A stretch of 64,000 nt of DNA from Fimbriosthenelais zetlandica. Lineage: Eukaryota. Numbering within the stretch: the stretch's first letter is position 1; each line of letters starts with the position of its first letter. A program made the position numbers and the translations under genes. The notes beneath the pieces were generated by a model. It was given only the letters and a program-made list of their open reading frames with translations, did not search any database and was not told the DNA's origin. Location of the stretch: assembly GCA_977030845.1 (NCBI GenBank), contig OZ365113.1, forward strand, positions 15,128,001 through 15,192,000, written 5' to 3'. Positions 40,801 through 53,049 of the stretch are shown here, in pieces.

Positions 40801-41851
40801 AAGTAGAAATTCTTCCTTTCAACAAACGCTGGTGGAGATGTAGAAAAAGCCTTGTTTTCCCTTGGTATTCAAGGCACATTCTAGGACGGTGTAGTGGGGA
40901 TTGTGTGGGTCTGGGTATGGGCCTACTTTGGGGGTGTGTTGTTGATTGTATACTGAGTATTATTGATTGTCAATATGATGACAGTACTACCATCACCTCC
41001 CCATCCACTCCCCAGTGAGGCCAATAATCACTTCATTGATATCCCAAAGAAAAGGAAGGGCAGCATAGACTTGTCAAAGGTGTGTCTGGTGCGCCTCTCA
41101 GGCTCATTACTTTAAGTCTATGTATATAGCGTGTCTATGCATGTAAAGTTAACTGTTGGAACACTACCCTCACCACACAGTTCCTGAGAAAATTTGGTAG
41201 TTCTCTTGATTGCATGTCAATCCCATGCAATTGATTAAGCGGCGTTTTGTGTAATCAATGATTTTTGGAAATCTCATGAGGACAATAGTGATTTGTTGAG
41301 TAATGGAATCAGAATTAGTGTCAATCATTTCCAGATGTTACAAGCTCAACTGAATTAACCTTTTGTCATCTTTCAAACACTCAAACCCCTCCTGTTGTGA
41401 CACTTTCACACTGGTCTATGCCTCCATCGCTCCTTCACAATATTTCAGTCGGGTTTCATTATGGAGAGATATTCTTTCCTAACCATGATAATATAGAACT
41501 TGCGAAAACTTTGAAATAAAAGAAGCGGATGATGCGTTCTGCGAGGCCTATAGTTTGAGAAAGGATGGCAACCATTTGAACTGTCATTCGGGTGTCATTT
41601 CCAGGATTAAATATACTGGACTGGTGACATAAATCCTATATAGAAATGCATTATACAAGCTTCCCTTGTGACCATTGGAGTAGCTGACAGCCTGCTTAGG
41701 CAATGAAATAGAAACAGATAAGCAGAAAAGAAATGAAACAAAATAATCTTGTGACTATTCGAACGGTTGACAGGCATTCAACTGATAACTAAGCGTTCCA
41801 ATGCTAAAACAAATAAACAGATAAAAAAAGAGTGGAAGGTCTATTATTCAC

Positions 41852-42026
41852 CTTTGTTGTGAGAGACTGTTGTTGTCTGTGGCAGGCGGTGGCTGGGGAC
41901 AGCAGAAACGGTGGGTGTCTGTGCCACAGCAATACTTCCTGCCAGGCCCTCCCCATTGTGGGCAGTAAAATCCATTGTTCCACTGGCCATGTTCATCCAC
42001 AAATCCCCCGCAGTATTCACCAGACG
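41852..42026 (-). CDS. Shisa-like protein, exon encoding the extracellular Cys-rich (Shisa/STMC6) domain
   Basis: Polypyrimidine acceptor ttttttctctttcgacag and donor AG|gtgaat. The 175-nt exon (phase 1 to 2) reads xSGEYCGGFVDEHGQWNNGFYCPQWGGPGRKYCCGTDTHRFCCPQPPPATDNNSLSQQ. It matches the Shisa-type pattern EYC-x-G-x2-D-x2-G-x-W-x2-GF-x-CP...CCG...R[YF]CC. This frame is not in the supplied ORF track because it has no start codon. Confidence 0.92.
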
Positions 42027-45000
42027 CTGTCGAAAGAGAAAAAAATGCAGTGTAAAATCAATCATTTTGTAACTCGATTTTGTTTGCCTTAATGAACCAT
42101 TGGCAAATCAGTGCCTGGTTCAATCCATCAAGTCATGATGGGGTTGGAGAGTTGTAAAAATATCATTGGTGTGAAATGAATTCCATTTTGGAAGATTTAA
42201 ATTGAAACTTTGAAGCCATGATATTGGACTGGAAAATAAGTGCCTTAAACTGGGTTCAGGAAGAGTAAGCATTTACAATGGTGAGAAGCTGGAATCAGAA
42301 AATTGAACAAAATCTGTCCCTTTTAAATTCCATGTGACTTCGGCACACCTCATTTGATGGATACCCTGTGAAAAAAACCGTTGGAATATTGCATGACAAA
42401 GCCACTGGGTTACATTATCACACGGCCTTGGGTAAATGATTAATATTTTATGCCATGTCAACATTTTAAGAATCCTTTGAGGAGGTATAAACTATTTTAA
42501 TCTGTACAAGTGATGGATAGGTTGCCTGTAACTAATCGAGGTTCCTTCAATTGAATCTCAGCGCCGATCGATAAATCTGCGCCTGTATTTGCAGAGATGA
42601 TGGAGAGAATCGCTCATGCGAGATTGATGCTCTTTGAACTGGAATTATTTCATTAACGGAATGTAATCGATATTGAGTTTATTTCTTCACATGGCAGGCA
42701 GTTATAAATCAAAGGGAAAATGTAGTAACTTTCTCTTTGGATTTATTTTCAAAAATGAATTTACTGCACAGAGTATAACCAAATATTCATTATGCTCCCT
42801 CCGAGGAGGCTGTTCTTCCTCAGACATATAAAGAATTCAGGCCTGGAATGAAATACTAATTGATGCCAAGACACAGCCTTGACACAGCCTTGCATTAAAT
42901 CAATAGCAGCCTCAATGATGGATGGCACTTACAAATGATTTCTCACTGTACTGTAGGAGTACTATAGTGAAAACTAGAAGGCATTTTCTGGATGATTCTA
43001 TTCCTCTGAGATCAGATTCATGAATTGTATTTGGTGGCAGATTGATAGATGGCCATCCCTGCCATGTATAATGATAGATGCAATTCATCTTAGATATTCA
43101 AGCTATGCCTTGCAGTGTGATTGATGGATCTCATATAATATATTATGTGATGAAATTTCACCATGATCCATTTCCTAGAGGCAATACGGTGATGAAACTC
43201 AGACAAAAGTATGTTGTATATCTGAAACTTTCCAGGCACCTTGAGTATAGGCCATGACAGCAATCCAATGAGGCTCTAGGCCATTCAGACAGCCTCTAGT
43301 ACCTGCTTCTAGTGGCCGTTTTCCTGATTTTGACTGCTGGTATGGCCTGCTAAATGACTGCTACACCATATGAACTGGCTCCTAATGGTTGTAAAATTTA
43401 TCTTTGTTTGATTGGCATCAGTTCACCAACCAATACCAGAGAGGTACAGGCAGTTCTGCGCTCTTGCACAAATGGATTTATTCTTACTTGAAGAGCTGGG
43501 TTCGTCAGATGGTATAATGTCTTTGACTTTGACAAAAAAATATTTTCACGGCACTTTCCATGTATTGAAGGGCCTACCACAGCGCAGTGACAAAATGATT
43601 TGGTAATTGGTGTAAAGGACTCCTTCCAACCACGCGATATTCTCACTTTATTCTGATCCATTCTTCCAGCAGAGTCATTGTCAATGTCGGCGGGCCTTGG
43701 CTAAATAACAATACAATAGGAGAATTCGCGTGTGCAGAACCACATTTTGTCTGCTACATTATTTTTTCTCCTCTCTCCCATTCCTTTCCTTCCAATATTA
43801 TTATTGTCTTGGAGGAAGAAGACTGGAGAAGTCAGGCCAAGCATGTTGCAAATCTTAAGCCGTTCAATAATAACTTTTGAAGTACAATCTTCAGTGCATT
43901 TGACTCAAGATTTCACTGACAAGATGTAATAGAGTAAGGAGTCCCCAGATAGCTTTTGACAGCATAATTGTGAATTGAAGCGATCTGCTGGTAGTTTGCC
44001 AGGCATGTCATGCATCAGGCAATGGGAGTGCCTTAAGACATGGCAGGAATTGAGATGTTATTTAATATTCATAATTTATCTCCTGATTAACTATGGAACA
44101 TAATTGGAACATTTTGCAACTATTCTCATCAGCTGATTCCTTTTATCGTCATGTCTAATCTCATTTTCCATAGTTCCCCAAGAACCGTAAGGAATGTTAA
44201 AACCAGCAATATGCAATGCAAAGTAAAATGAGAAAAAAATATTCCCTCCAATCGGATGCGCCTCTCCTCTTTTTTTCTGCTGCCTGCCTGAGTGGTCCTC
44301 TTTTAAATGGAGACGCCATAAGAAAGTGTCAGATTCTTATCTCCAAGCGCTGTGAGCAAGACAAGTGTTTTTTCTCCCAGTAGAAATGAGAAGATCCAGA
44401 ATTAGAATGAAACTGGATGTCATAAAACATTTGCTGAGTCATGCTTCCACTACTAAACTAGACGCCTCTACATAATGAGGCCATGGGGTATAAAGGAGTG
44501 AATCATTTTGAATATTCCATTAATAAATTGAAGCCCCTTAGAATGTATAATAAGCTGGTAACACAACGACTTAGCTTTGTAAATGAAAGTTCCAGTTTGA
44601 AAACCCTATTGTGCTAGCATCATGAATAATTCTATGATGATGCTTCTTTATGCTATAGGGCATAGAACATTGCATAATAATTATCCAGAAACTGAATGAA
44701 TATTAACGAGAACAATTACTTCAATATGTTGCTTTGATCTATAGGTATTCGCTGATCTTCGCTAAATCTTTGGATCCTTTTAATGACTCTTGGGTGATTA
44801 AAATTCTCCAGTTTAATCGTGGAAACAACTGTGAATGAATCCATAGAGGGACGAGCTGCTCGATTGGATTTCCTTTTGATGTCTTGCCTAGAGGAACTCG
44901 TATAGGAGAACATAAATAAACCAATCAAGGCAGGGCTTGCCTATAGATTCCTCTGCATACTGAGTGACATCTCCTTTATGGTTAGCTTGCTGCAGGGGCT

Positions 45001-46099
45001 TCCTCTTCCTCTGTCACCCTTAGGCCTCCTGAGGCATTAGGCACCCATTATTAAACCAGGTTTTGGTGTCTATGTGAAGCTCTGAGGAAATTTTCAATTA
45101 AGATTTCTTTTATCGAAAATCAATTCCCTCGCATTCGGGAAATCCAGACCATATAGGACTGAGAAAAACTGGATCTATGCATGTTCAATTCATACCTGAC
45201 AAAAATTACTCTGTGCACATTCAGTGGCAGTCCCTTTCTGGTTGGTTTCCAATATTTATCATCCTCCTGGTCGGTTTGTCAGTGTTTAATTTACTGTAAC
45301 TTAAATGCAGCACATTTTCTTCGGTTTAAACCCATTCTCGGCAATGAAGGCACGTTTACCTCATTCTCATGAGCAACTTAACACTCACGTTCATTTCTGC
45401 CTCATCTTTGACCTTTGTGCTCAACGGCTCAAGCCAACAGAGACCTCCCCAGGAGACTTGGAGGATATACACGAGGGACAGGGATGGGGACGAGTCTTGC
45501 CTATAGACAAATGATAAGAAAATATCATTATCACATTATACATGGGGTCATGGCTAGATTGGTAGAGTCCTTTCGGCGAGGCCAGAGTTGATGTAGTTCC
45601 GGCTCGGCCTTTCATGTCATTCATAAATAATTAGAGATCCCTGAGGTCTCATATACTTCCTGTATGGTACTGTGGACAATTCATCAACCTGTCTCCACAC
45701 AGCTACCAAGGGAGTCATAGGGATGCTTACTCTTTTTTTAAAGGTTTGCAGAAGAAAAAATGCAATATTTCCCAGGATTAGTGTATCCAAATTGATCTAA
45801 TCTGGTGATAAATATGGATATATAAACGATTCATCTATAAGTTCCAGTTGCAGTTCAACCATCTGAAATCTTAATTTTTGTTGTTGCAAAATGATCAGTT
45901 TTGGAGGTACCTCTTAGGCAATCTTTCAGTTGTGCAAACCCAATTTGATGAAACGAAAGGAATGAAATTCAATCCCTGAGCAGGGAATCGAATAGCTGGG
46001 ATCGGTAAGGAGAGGCTAGAAACCAGTCAAAATCCAAAAGCCAATTTTGATGGAGTGACATTGTGGGGAATTCAGGTGACTGTTAAGTTAATGGGTGTA

Positions 46100-46651
46100 T
46101 CCAGGGAAAGCTCTGCTTTGATACCTCATCAAATAACTTCTGACCTTATATGTCAGCCGGTACACTGAAAAACTTCGTTCACGGGTTCCTAGTCATTGGC
46201 AACGGATTTATTGGTCTAAACGCCATGCTGCATTTTGTGCGACATGTCCAGTTTCATTTGTCCTTAGGATTTGTATTCATATTCTACAGGGCCTTCAGTA
46301 TAGGCCCTATATGTCTTATAGTTTTGCTTAATACTCAAATGGCTATGCTGGTCAGAAAAGGCCTGCGCCAATCCTCCCAAGACCATCAGTGTACATGAGA
46401 AGCAATCACAGGAGGTTAAAGACGCCTCTCCGTGAAGGAGGAGGTTTCAAGTCACTTTTCTCTGCAGGCGAGTGCTGAAGGTCTTGAGCCAATGAAGCTG
46501 CTTGTGAGTCCACAATGAATGGTTCAATCAGCTGGGATAATGAGAGGCCCGCAGTCCATGGAGAATCAACTGTGGCTGTCTTGACAACACCTCCATACAC
46601 CCCAAGACCTGCAATAAAGACCTTTACAGACAAAAGTCTGGATCTGGTCAC
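46100..46651 (-). mobile_element. Gypsy RT N-terminal remnant
   Basis: ORF 46406-46651 GVVKTATVDSPW...PFIVDSQ...KSDLKPPPSRRGVFNLL resembles GVIExSxSPW...RFCVDYR...KxDxYPLPRIDDLxxxL. Confidence 0.45.
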
Positions 46652-48294
46652 TCCAATTCAGGCAGGCCATTATTCCACTTTTCATATGCTATACAAAGAC
46701 GGGATGAGAAAAAAAACATCCAAAGGGATGTACCTGAAGAACAGCCTCACCGATGAAAGTTCCATTTTTTTGCATTTCCCCCATTTCCCTTTCATTCTTC
46801 CAGAAGCTCCTAGGGTGTTCTTCCACAAGAGAGCAGACAGAAAAAAATCGTCAATCACTATTTTTGGCGGGTGCGGCATTTGTTTGATGATCTCAGCTTA
46901 GGCTGGGAACTCTTGAAAACAACCTGCCAATGATTGTTTGATCAAATTTGGGTTAGAAGAAACGTTGAATTTTTTTGTCAAAAGCCATGGAATTAGTCTT
47001 CAAAGGGATGAAATCGAGCTGGGGTGTGAAGAAAAATTGCTAATTGTTTTGTCAAATGTGGCATGAACATTCTCGAGGTTTTGGGAAGATAAAGTTTTGC
47101 GTCTCCTCCTGATTTAAATTTATAGATCTTAACATGAAACCAATGCCCAATTATATAGAAATACTCTGGTTGCATGTACATTTCTCAGTAATTCATTACC
47201 GGTGTTTGCCGAACAATATGCGCAAATCATGGGTACCATCTCTTTCTCTTGTGGTCTTCCTTATTTTAAAGCCCCATGAGGCCCAGAGAAACTCACATCT
47301 GCCAATGTGCAAGTCCCACGGGATGCGATTCATTGGCAGTAAGATTGCGCTCATTGCTTAATAGCAATGCCACCATTGCTTTCAGATGGAGCAGAGATAA
47401 ACTATGGCCTCTCTGGATGTGTATGCGTGTATGCCACTGTCATATTTCTGTCTCAGATAAACCATCTCCACATGCTTTATCTGCATATTTTGCCATGTTA
47501 TTAATTTGCGCCGCCCATGGGTGGAGCACAGCTGCAACGAAGGTGGTGAGACCTATTCCCATGAGACGCTTATCGTTGGGAAGAATTTTAGCTCATGTTC
47601 CATCAAAAGATCTGTTATCAGTCCCGGTTGAAAAATCATACATGTGCGTTCCCTACAATCAAGCTTAGATTCATATTTCAAATATTTTGAGTACAAACAG
47701 AGAAAGCTTTGGACTTGGGCTAGGCATTTACTGACAAGTGTTTGTTATGTCATGGCATATTTGCATCGACTATACACAAATATTAGGCAGCATGCTAAGA
47801 GCATTTAACCTTGCGGCCTCTGGATGCTTAGCTTCTGGCTTACAGCCATAGAAATCTGGTGAAAGAGAATGCTTAAGATGGGAACCATGTGCTCCGGTAT
47901 GGTATGAAAAATCCATTTGGAGTAGTTCCAGCCATTAGTTTTTCTTCACCTGTTTCTGAATGCTTGTTTCTCTGCTCAGCTGTGGCCCTTGTGCTGTGGT
48001 CTTTCGCGATTATTTTGAGATGAGCCGTCCATCTTCTTTCTCAAATCGGGTCTCAAATTTGGCTCTACCCCTTCCATGCTCTTGCGTTCGACACTGCCTG
48101 TCTTTGGGTCTGGTCCTGCACCTGTGTGCTGGTGATTTTCCCTTCCTGCTTATCCAGGCCCCTATTGCGGCCCATTCCCCTTACCTTCCATTACTATCTT
48201 CCATCCTCTTCTCCAATCGTCTTACACCAACATCATGTTCAATTTGATCTAATGGCGTGCTTTGCTTGGTATTAGAAAAATTGATGGCCTAGAT

Positions 48295-48520
48295 TTAAAA
48301 CTCATCGTAACGTAAATGGGGCTTCCTACCGCATTCCGGTTGCTCATAATATTTGGTGAAATCGCAGTATTGCCATTTCTTGTTTTCGTTGATGCTAACA
48401 GTCACTATTCTAATAGGTTCAAATTGGTCTGCGCTCTTTGTGGTATAATTATGAGTTATAAGCCAGTAGACAGAGGCTTTTGTGTGGTATGCTGCTCTGA
48501 GATCCAAACCCCGGATCTAA
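48295..48520 (-). mobile_element. Retroelement RT remnant
   Basis: LDLRAAYH matches the LTR/DIRS RT motif LDLxxAY[HF]. Confidence 0.4.
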
Positions 48521-49643
48521 ATGCCAGGAAGTTGCCATACCAGGACTGGAGAGCTCATTATCTTATACTCATCTGGATATGAAGTCCAGATGGGGACACT
48601 TAAGTCAAGATTTATGACCATATAAAATCACATTCTCCCGATGAATGATATGCTAGATTAGCCCATTGACTTACCCCTTTATTGTGGCATGCACTTTTCC
48701 ATTCCTTGGGTATTGTTTCGAATGAAGAAACATTTGATTTGGCGCGATTGATTTCCAATAATGAACCAAGGTAAAATGTTGCTGCATTGGATATATGTGG
48801 AGATAGTGTCAAACACTCAGGGCCATTCATGCTGCTTTGACCAGATGGGACCATAATTTGATTGCAATTATTTCACATTGATGACTAGAAGTATCATATT
48901 TGTCTGCCGAAATCTTCATGAATTGAGAGCGTTACCCTTGGATCCTTTCACTTAAAGATCCATTGGTATTCCATAACAAGTCCATTTAGAACTTCTTACG
49001 ACATTTATACATTTAGGTACCAGATAACACCCACCATCTGGTACCAAGCTATAGCTACCACTGAGTGCCATTTACTGTCACTTGACTGTTTTTGTCCTCT
49101 CCGTTTACAAAGGTACCGGTTGCCAGCTTTCCCCATAAGGCTCTGGTAATGATAAGTGACAGGCTGCTTCCTTTTCATCCGACCATTATTCATCATTATT
49201 CTAAGTAGCTTCCCTCCGGAGACACACCCTTAAAGGGTGGTCCTTTGAAAATGTAATATGTAGGAATTAAAGTGCAGTCTATTGAAGTATCTTTAGTCCT
49301 GAGTTGATACTTTTTCGGTCTGTTTTATAGTTAAAAATACTATACATCCATTAAGTGACTATGGATGATCCTGTACGAACAAGCAGGAACCCATTAAAAT
49401 GCTGATGACTTGGGTATCTGGAGAATTGTCATATTGCATGTATTTTTTTGGCCCGGATCATGCCATCATTTAGAAGGGGATGAAGGGGCAGACCAAAGTA
49501 GGAAGAGAACCCTGGAGGAGGAGATAAAAGGTCAGACATAAACTACCGTACATATAGGACCTCTTCCCACCACCGGCCTTGTCAAGGGAACCAAAGTAGA
49601 CAGGTTCATGTCTTCAACATCCTTGTATAATTTTAATATTCTA

Positions 49644-49847
49644 TCACGCAGGTTTGGTTTCTACCCGTACATTCATATATGACTGGCTGATTATTTTCAA
49701 CTTCCAAGATGAAGCCGTTGTGGGAGGAATAGTGAACTGTCTCTGCAATATAGATGATGTCTCATGGACCATTACTAGTCTACACTCAGCTCTGATGTCC
49801 CTTCCTCCTTGACATGTTGACCCTGGGCATAGAATGTCCACTGTCAT
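49644..49847 (-). mobile_element. Gypsy integrase core remnant
   Basis: MTVDILCPGSTCQGG resembles VAVDIxGPLPxSxxG. Confidence 0.3.
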
Positions 49848-50220
49848 AGTTGGTTCTCATGGGAACACAGGGATCAACTTTATACTCGTTAATGGGTGAG
49901 GCTTAAACCCAAGGCCCATTAAACCTTAAACAGCTGAATGACATTTTAGACTTGTGACCTTGTATTTCTATTAAAAGGCTAATGCATACATACTAGCTGG
50001 AATCAAAAGGATGATGGTTTGCTCAGATATCATGACAGAGCTAACAGAAATGCCAGGAGTTATGTGAAGCTCTATTTTTTATGTGTCTGGAATATGAAGA
50101 TTTTAAGGTGTGTCACATGTTAGAGGTGCAGACAATGTATATAGGGTTATGGAACTTGTACCCTATAGCCCTTAAACACACAATACTCATGATACTCATG
50201 AAGTTTCTCTCGTGCATCCC

Positions 50221-50310
50221 ACTCCCTCCCTCTCACTCACTCACACACTCACCCCCTCACTCACTCACTCACCCCCTCACCACCTCACTCACTCACTGAC
50301 TCTCTCTCAC
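50221..50310. repeat. Imperfect (CTCA)n microsatellite
   Basis: Directly visible. Confidence 0.9.
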
Positions 50311-52640
50311 GTGTGGTTCTGACTCGTCTGGTACACTGACAGGGGTCAGGTAGAGGTTTGACTACAGGGTCAGCAGCCTTTGACAGGAATGGATTTGGAC
50401 ATAGGCAGGAGGCTATGAAGTGGGTATCAGATGTTGTCTCTCGCTTATGAATTATATAAACAGCCTTAGCCACCACTGGGCCATCCCCTATGACCATATG
50501 TCATAGAATAGATCCTCACCTAATGCACCACACATGTCCAAAGTTGTGACTTTCAGAAATTGGAAACTTCCTGCTGCCTGGCAACTTGGAAGAGCATCTA
50601 CTCAGGAATTAAATGAGAAGATGAGTTCTGAATTATGAGCTTATATCTGTCGACCTGGATCTATTTGCACCCAATAATTCTTAGTGAAATTCTAGATCTT
50701 ATAAATCATATCCTCTCTGGGGCATGGATATGTTGTCAGGTCTTAAGTCTCTCCTGGAAATATTCTGTATGTCACACATTTCAACCTTTCTTGGTCTGCT
50801 TGATTTTGTCATCAGATAAAGGAGGGACTCTATGAATATTATTATGTGCTTCAATTTTATAAGACATCCTCATATAGAACACTCTCAGAGAGTGCACACA
50901 TTAGGGACATAGATGCAGTGTCAGAGATTCACAGAGGTGCTGACAGCTGCCATGTGTTTCCACTTAGTAGCGCTGTCACGCACTCGGTTTTGATCCTTCC
51001 CCCTTCCATGCATGCATACATATCAATGGACACTGCCACTCCCACATGACCTCTGTGTGGTCACAATTCTGACCTTGAACCTCTCAACTTGAGATACTTC
51101 ATGTTTTTGAAAAGGGACGATTAATGTTTCAAATAATTTAATTCACAGATGTTCTGATATGACTGTTCTTGAACAATGCGCTTGAGGCTTATATACCTCA
51201 CAAGAATCCCAGATAATATAAGGATCAGAGACGTATACTCAAATGATATAGGTAGTGGAGGGTGTGGTGGTTATATTGGATGGGTGAGGTGCCACAACAA
51301 ATAAACAACTGAGAAGGCAGTGACAAGTCCAACCTTAAGTGGTGTGGTTCACAAGGATTTCCCATGGGAAGGCATTCAAGCTGTATAACGAGGACCCAGT
51401 CGTTACATTCCTGCTGTTACCGCCTTATCCTACAGGGCCGTCAAAGGGGAAGGTTGGCAAATTGTATGGGGAAGGTGTGTATACATGTGGGAGCTGGGGG
51501 AAATCGAACTTAACATTCGGATTTCATGATTTAATTTTCAACTCCCATGATCTTGGCTTAATTATAGGTGGTTCATCTCAGTATAACTGTCCCGGCTATG
51601 GGTTCTACCCCACGGAAATTATTCCCATTTCTCATGCTTTGCCAGACTTGCCCTCCCCACTTTCTCCCCTCTCTTTCCACTCACCAGCTCTCCAAAGCTT
51701 ATTCCAGCCCACATGGGATTAAGAGCCATATACAGAGGCTTACTGAGTACAAAGCCTGGTCACCAGAGAATGGACCTCACCACTCTACCTTCCTCATTGA
51801 CTCTGACACTAGTATGGGTGGCAATATACCCGCCCTCCTTCCCCTGATGGGAACGAATGAACTCCCTTCTCTCTCAATTCTCTTCCACGAATGCTCATGC
51901 ATGCATTTATGCATTTTTCTCTCGGACTCATTAATCACACTGTTCTCTATTTCTCCCTCATATATGTAAGTAGTTTTCGGAATTAAACTATCACAATTAA
52001 TTATATAATTGGGAAAAAGGTTTCCGTCAATACTTATGTTCCCTCATTTGACTCCACTTGTCTGCGGTATAACGGGATAAAATGCCGAATATTCCTGGCG
52101 CACTCTGCCATGCATGAACACTTACATCTGTGAATGATCAGTCTCATAGAAATGCACATGGGAAAGACATTTTAGAAAGACAGTCCATGGAATACTCACA
52201 CTTGTGGCCAAAGTTCCTTCGATTCAGGGGCATGTTGAGAACTCGTTAGCACATAATATCCTATCACAATTGGTTTAACAGGTGGCAAAAATCGCACACA
52301 TGCTTATTAGATCCTGGTAGGGAAGCAATGTGGTTTGTCAGTTCATGTGAACAGTGAAACTGAACGTGAACCTTCTGCTTCACACTGACTTGATCTCATC
52401 CTTGTAAAGTATCCCGTTGGTATCCATATTATTGAATGTCCACTTAGCTATTACTTCACATCTGTCAGTGGTCCGTAATCATTGCGTTTATATAAGTACA
52501 GCTGCATAGTGTAATAATCAGTTAAACTGATTAGTATTTGATCAATACCATATACTCAAATATTTGACGTAATAGTTATTTAATACCACTACAGTAATCC
52601 CCTTTGAAGTAATGGGGGATCTGGGCACTACAAAGTGCCA

Positions 52641-52690
52641 TGGTGGCGTAATGGTGGTAGGGCTTACACCAGAAAGACCCGGTTTATCAA
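52641..52690 (+). mobile_element. Possible tRNA-derived SINE head remnant
   Basis: Pol III A-box match TGGCGTAATGG (52644-52654), followed about 27 nt later by a degenerate B-box-like ggtttatc. No cloverleaf and no intact tRNA. Confidence 0.25.
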
Positions 52691-53049
52691 ATAGATGAAT
52701 TATTCATGGTAGGAGATCATATTAATCCGTCGGTTAATGTCATTTATTCAATATAGCCAGCAGGTGTTCCACAGATAAATCCCTCTACTCAGTGTACAGT
52801 GATCTCTGAACCAATAATTAATTTAAAACCCACCCTATAGATCCTGATGAAAGCCCATTGTTGTTCCTTATCCAAGAGCTTGCAGTCGTTGCCACAATCG
52901 GCCAGGCATTGGAATACCATGCCCCTCTCCTTACACAATTGAAAACACACTCAGAGAATTGGCAGACAGGCAGTCCCCTAGGCTGTAGAATATAGCATCT
53001 CGGGAGGAGGAGGAGGGAGTGGCTACTTGTTCCTTTTTCGGTTGGTTAA

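Noticed and set aside
46406-46651. ORF that looks like a terminal exon of a host gene (GLGVYGGVVKTATVDSPW...)
   Set aside because: It is better explained as a decayed Gypsy RT N-terminus (SPW, FxVD, PxPR motifs in order).
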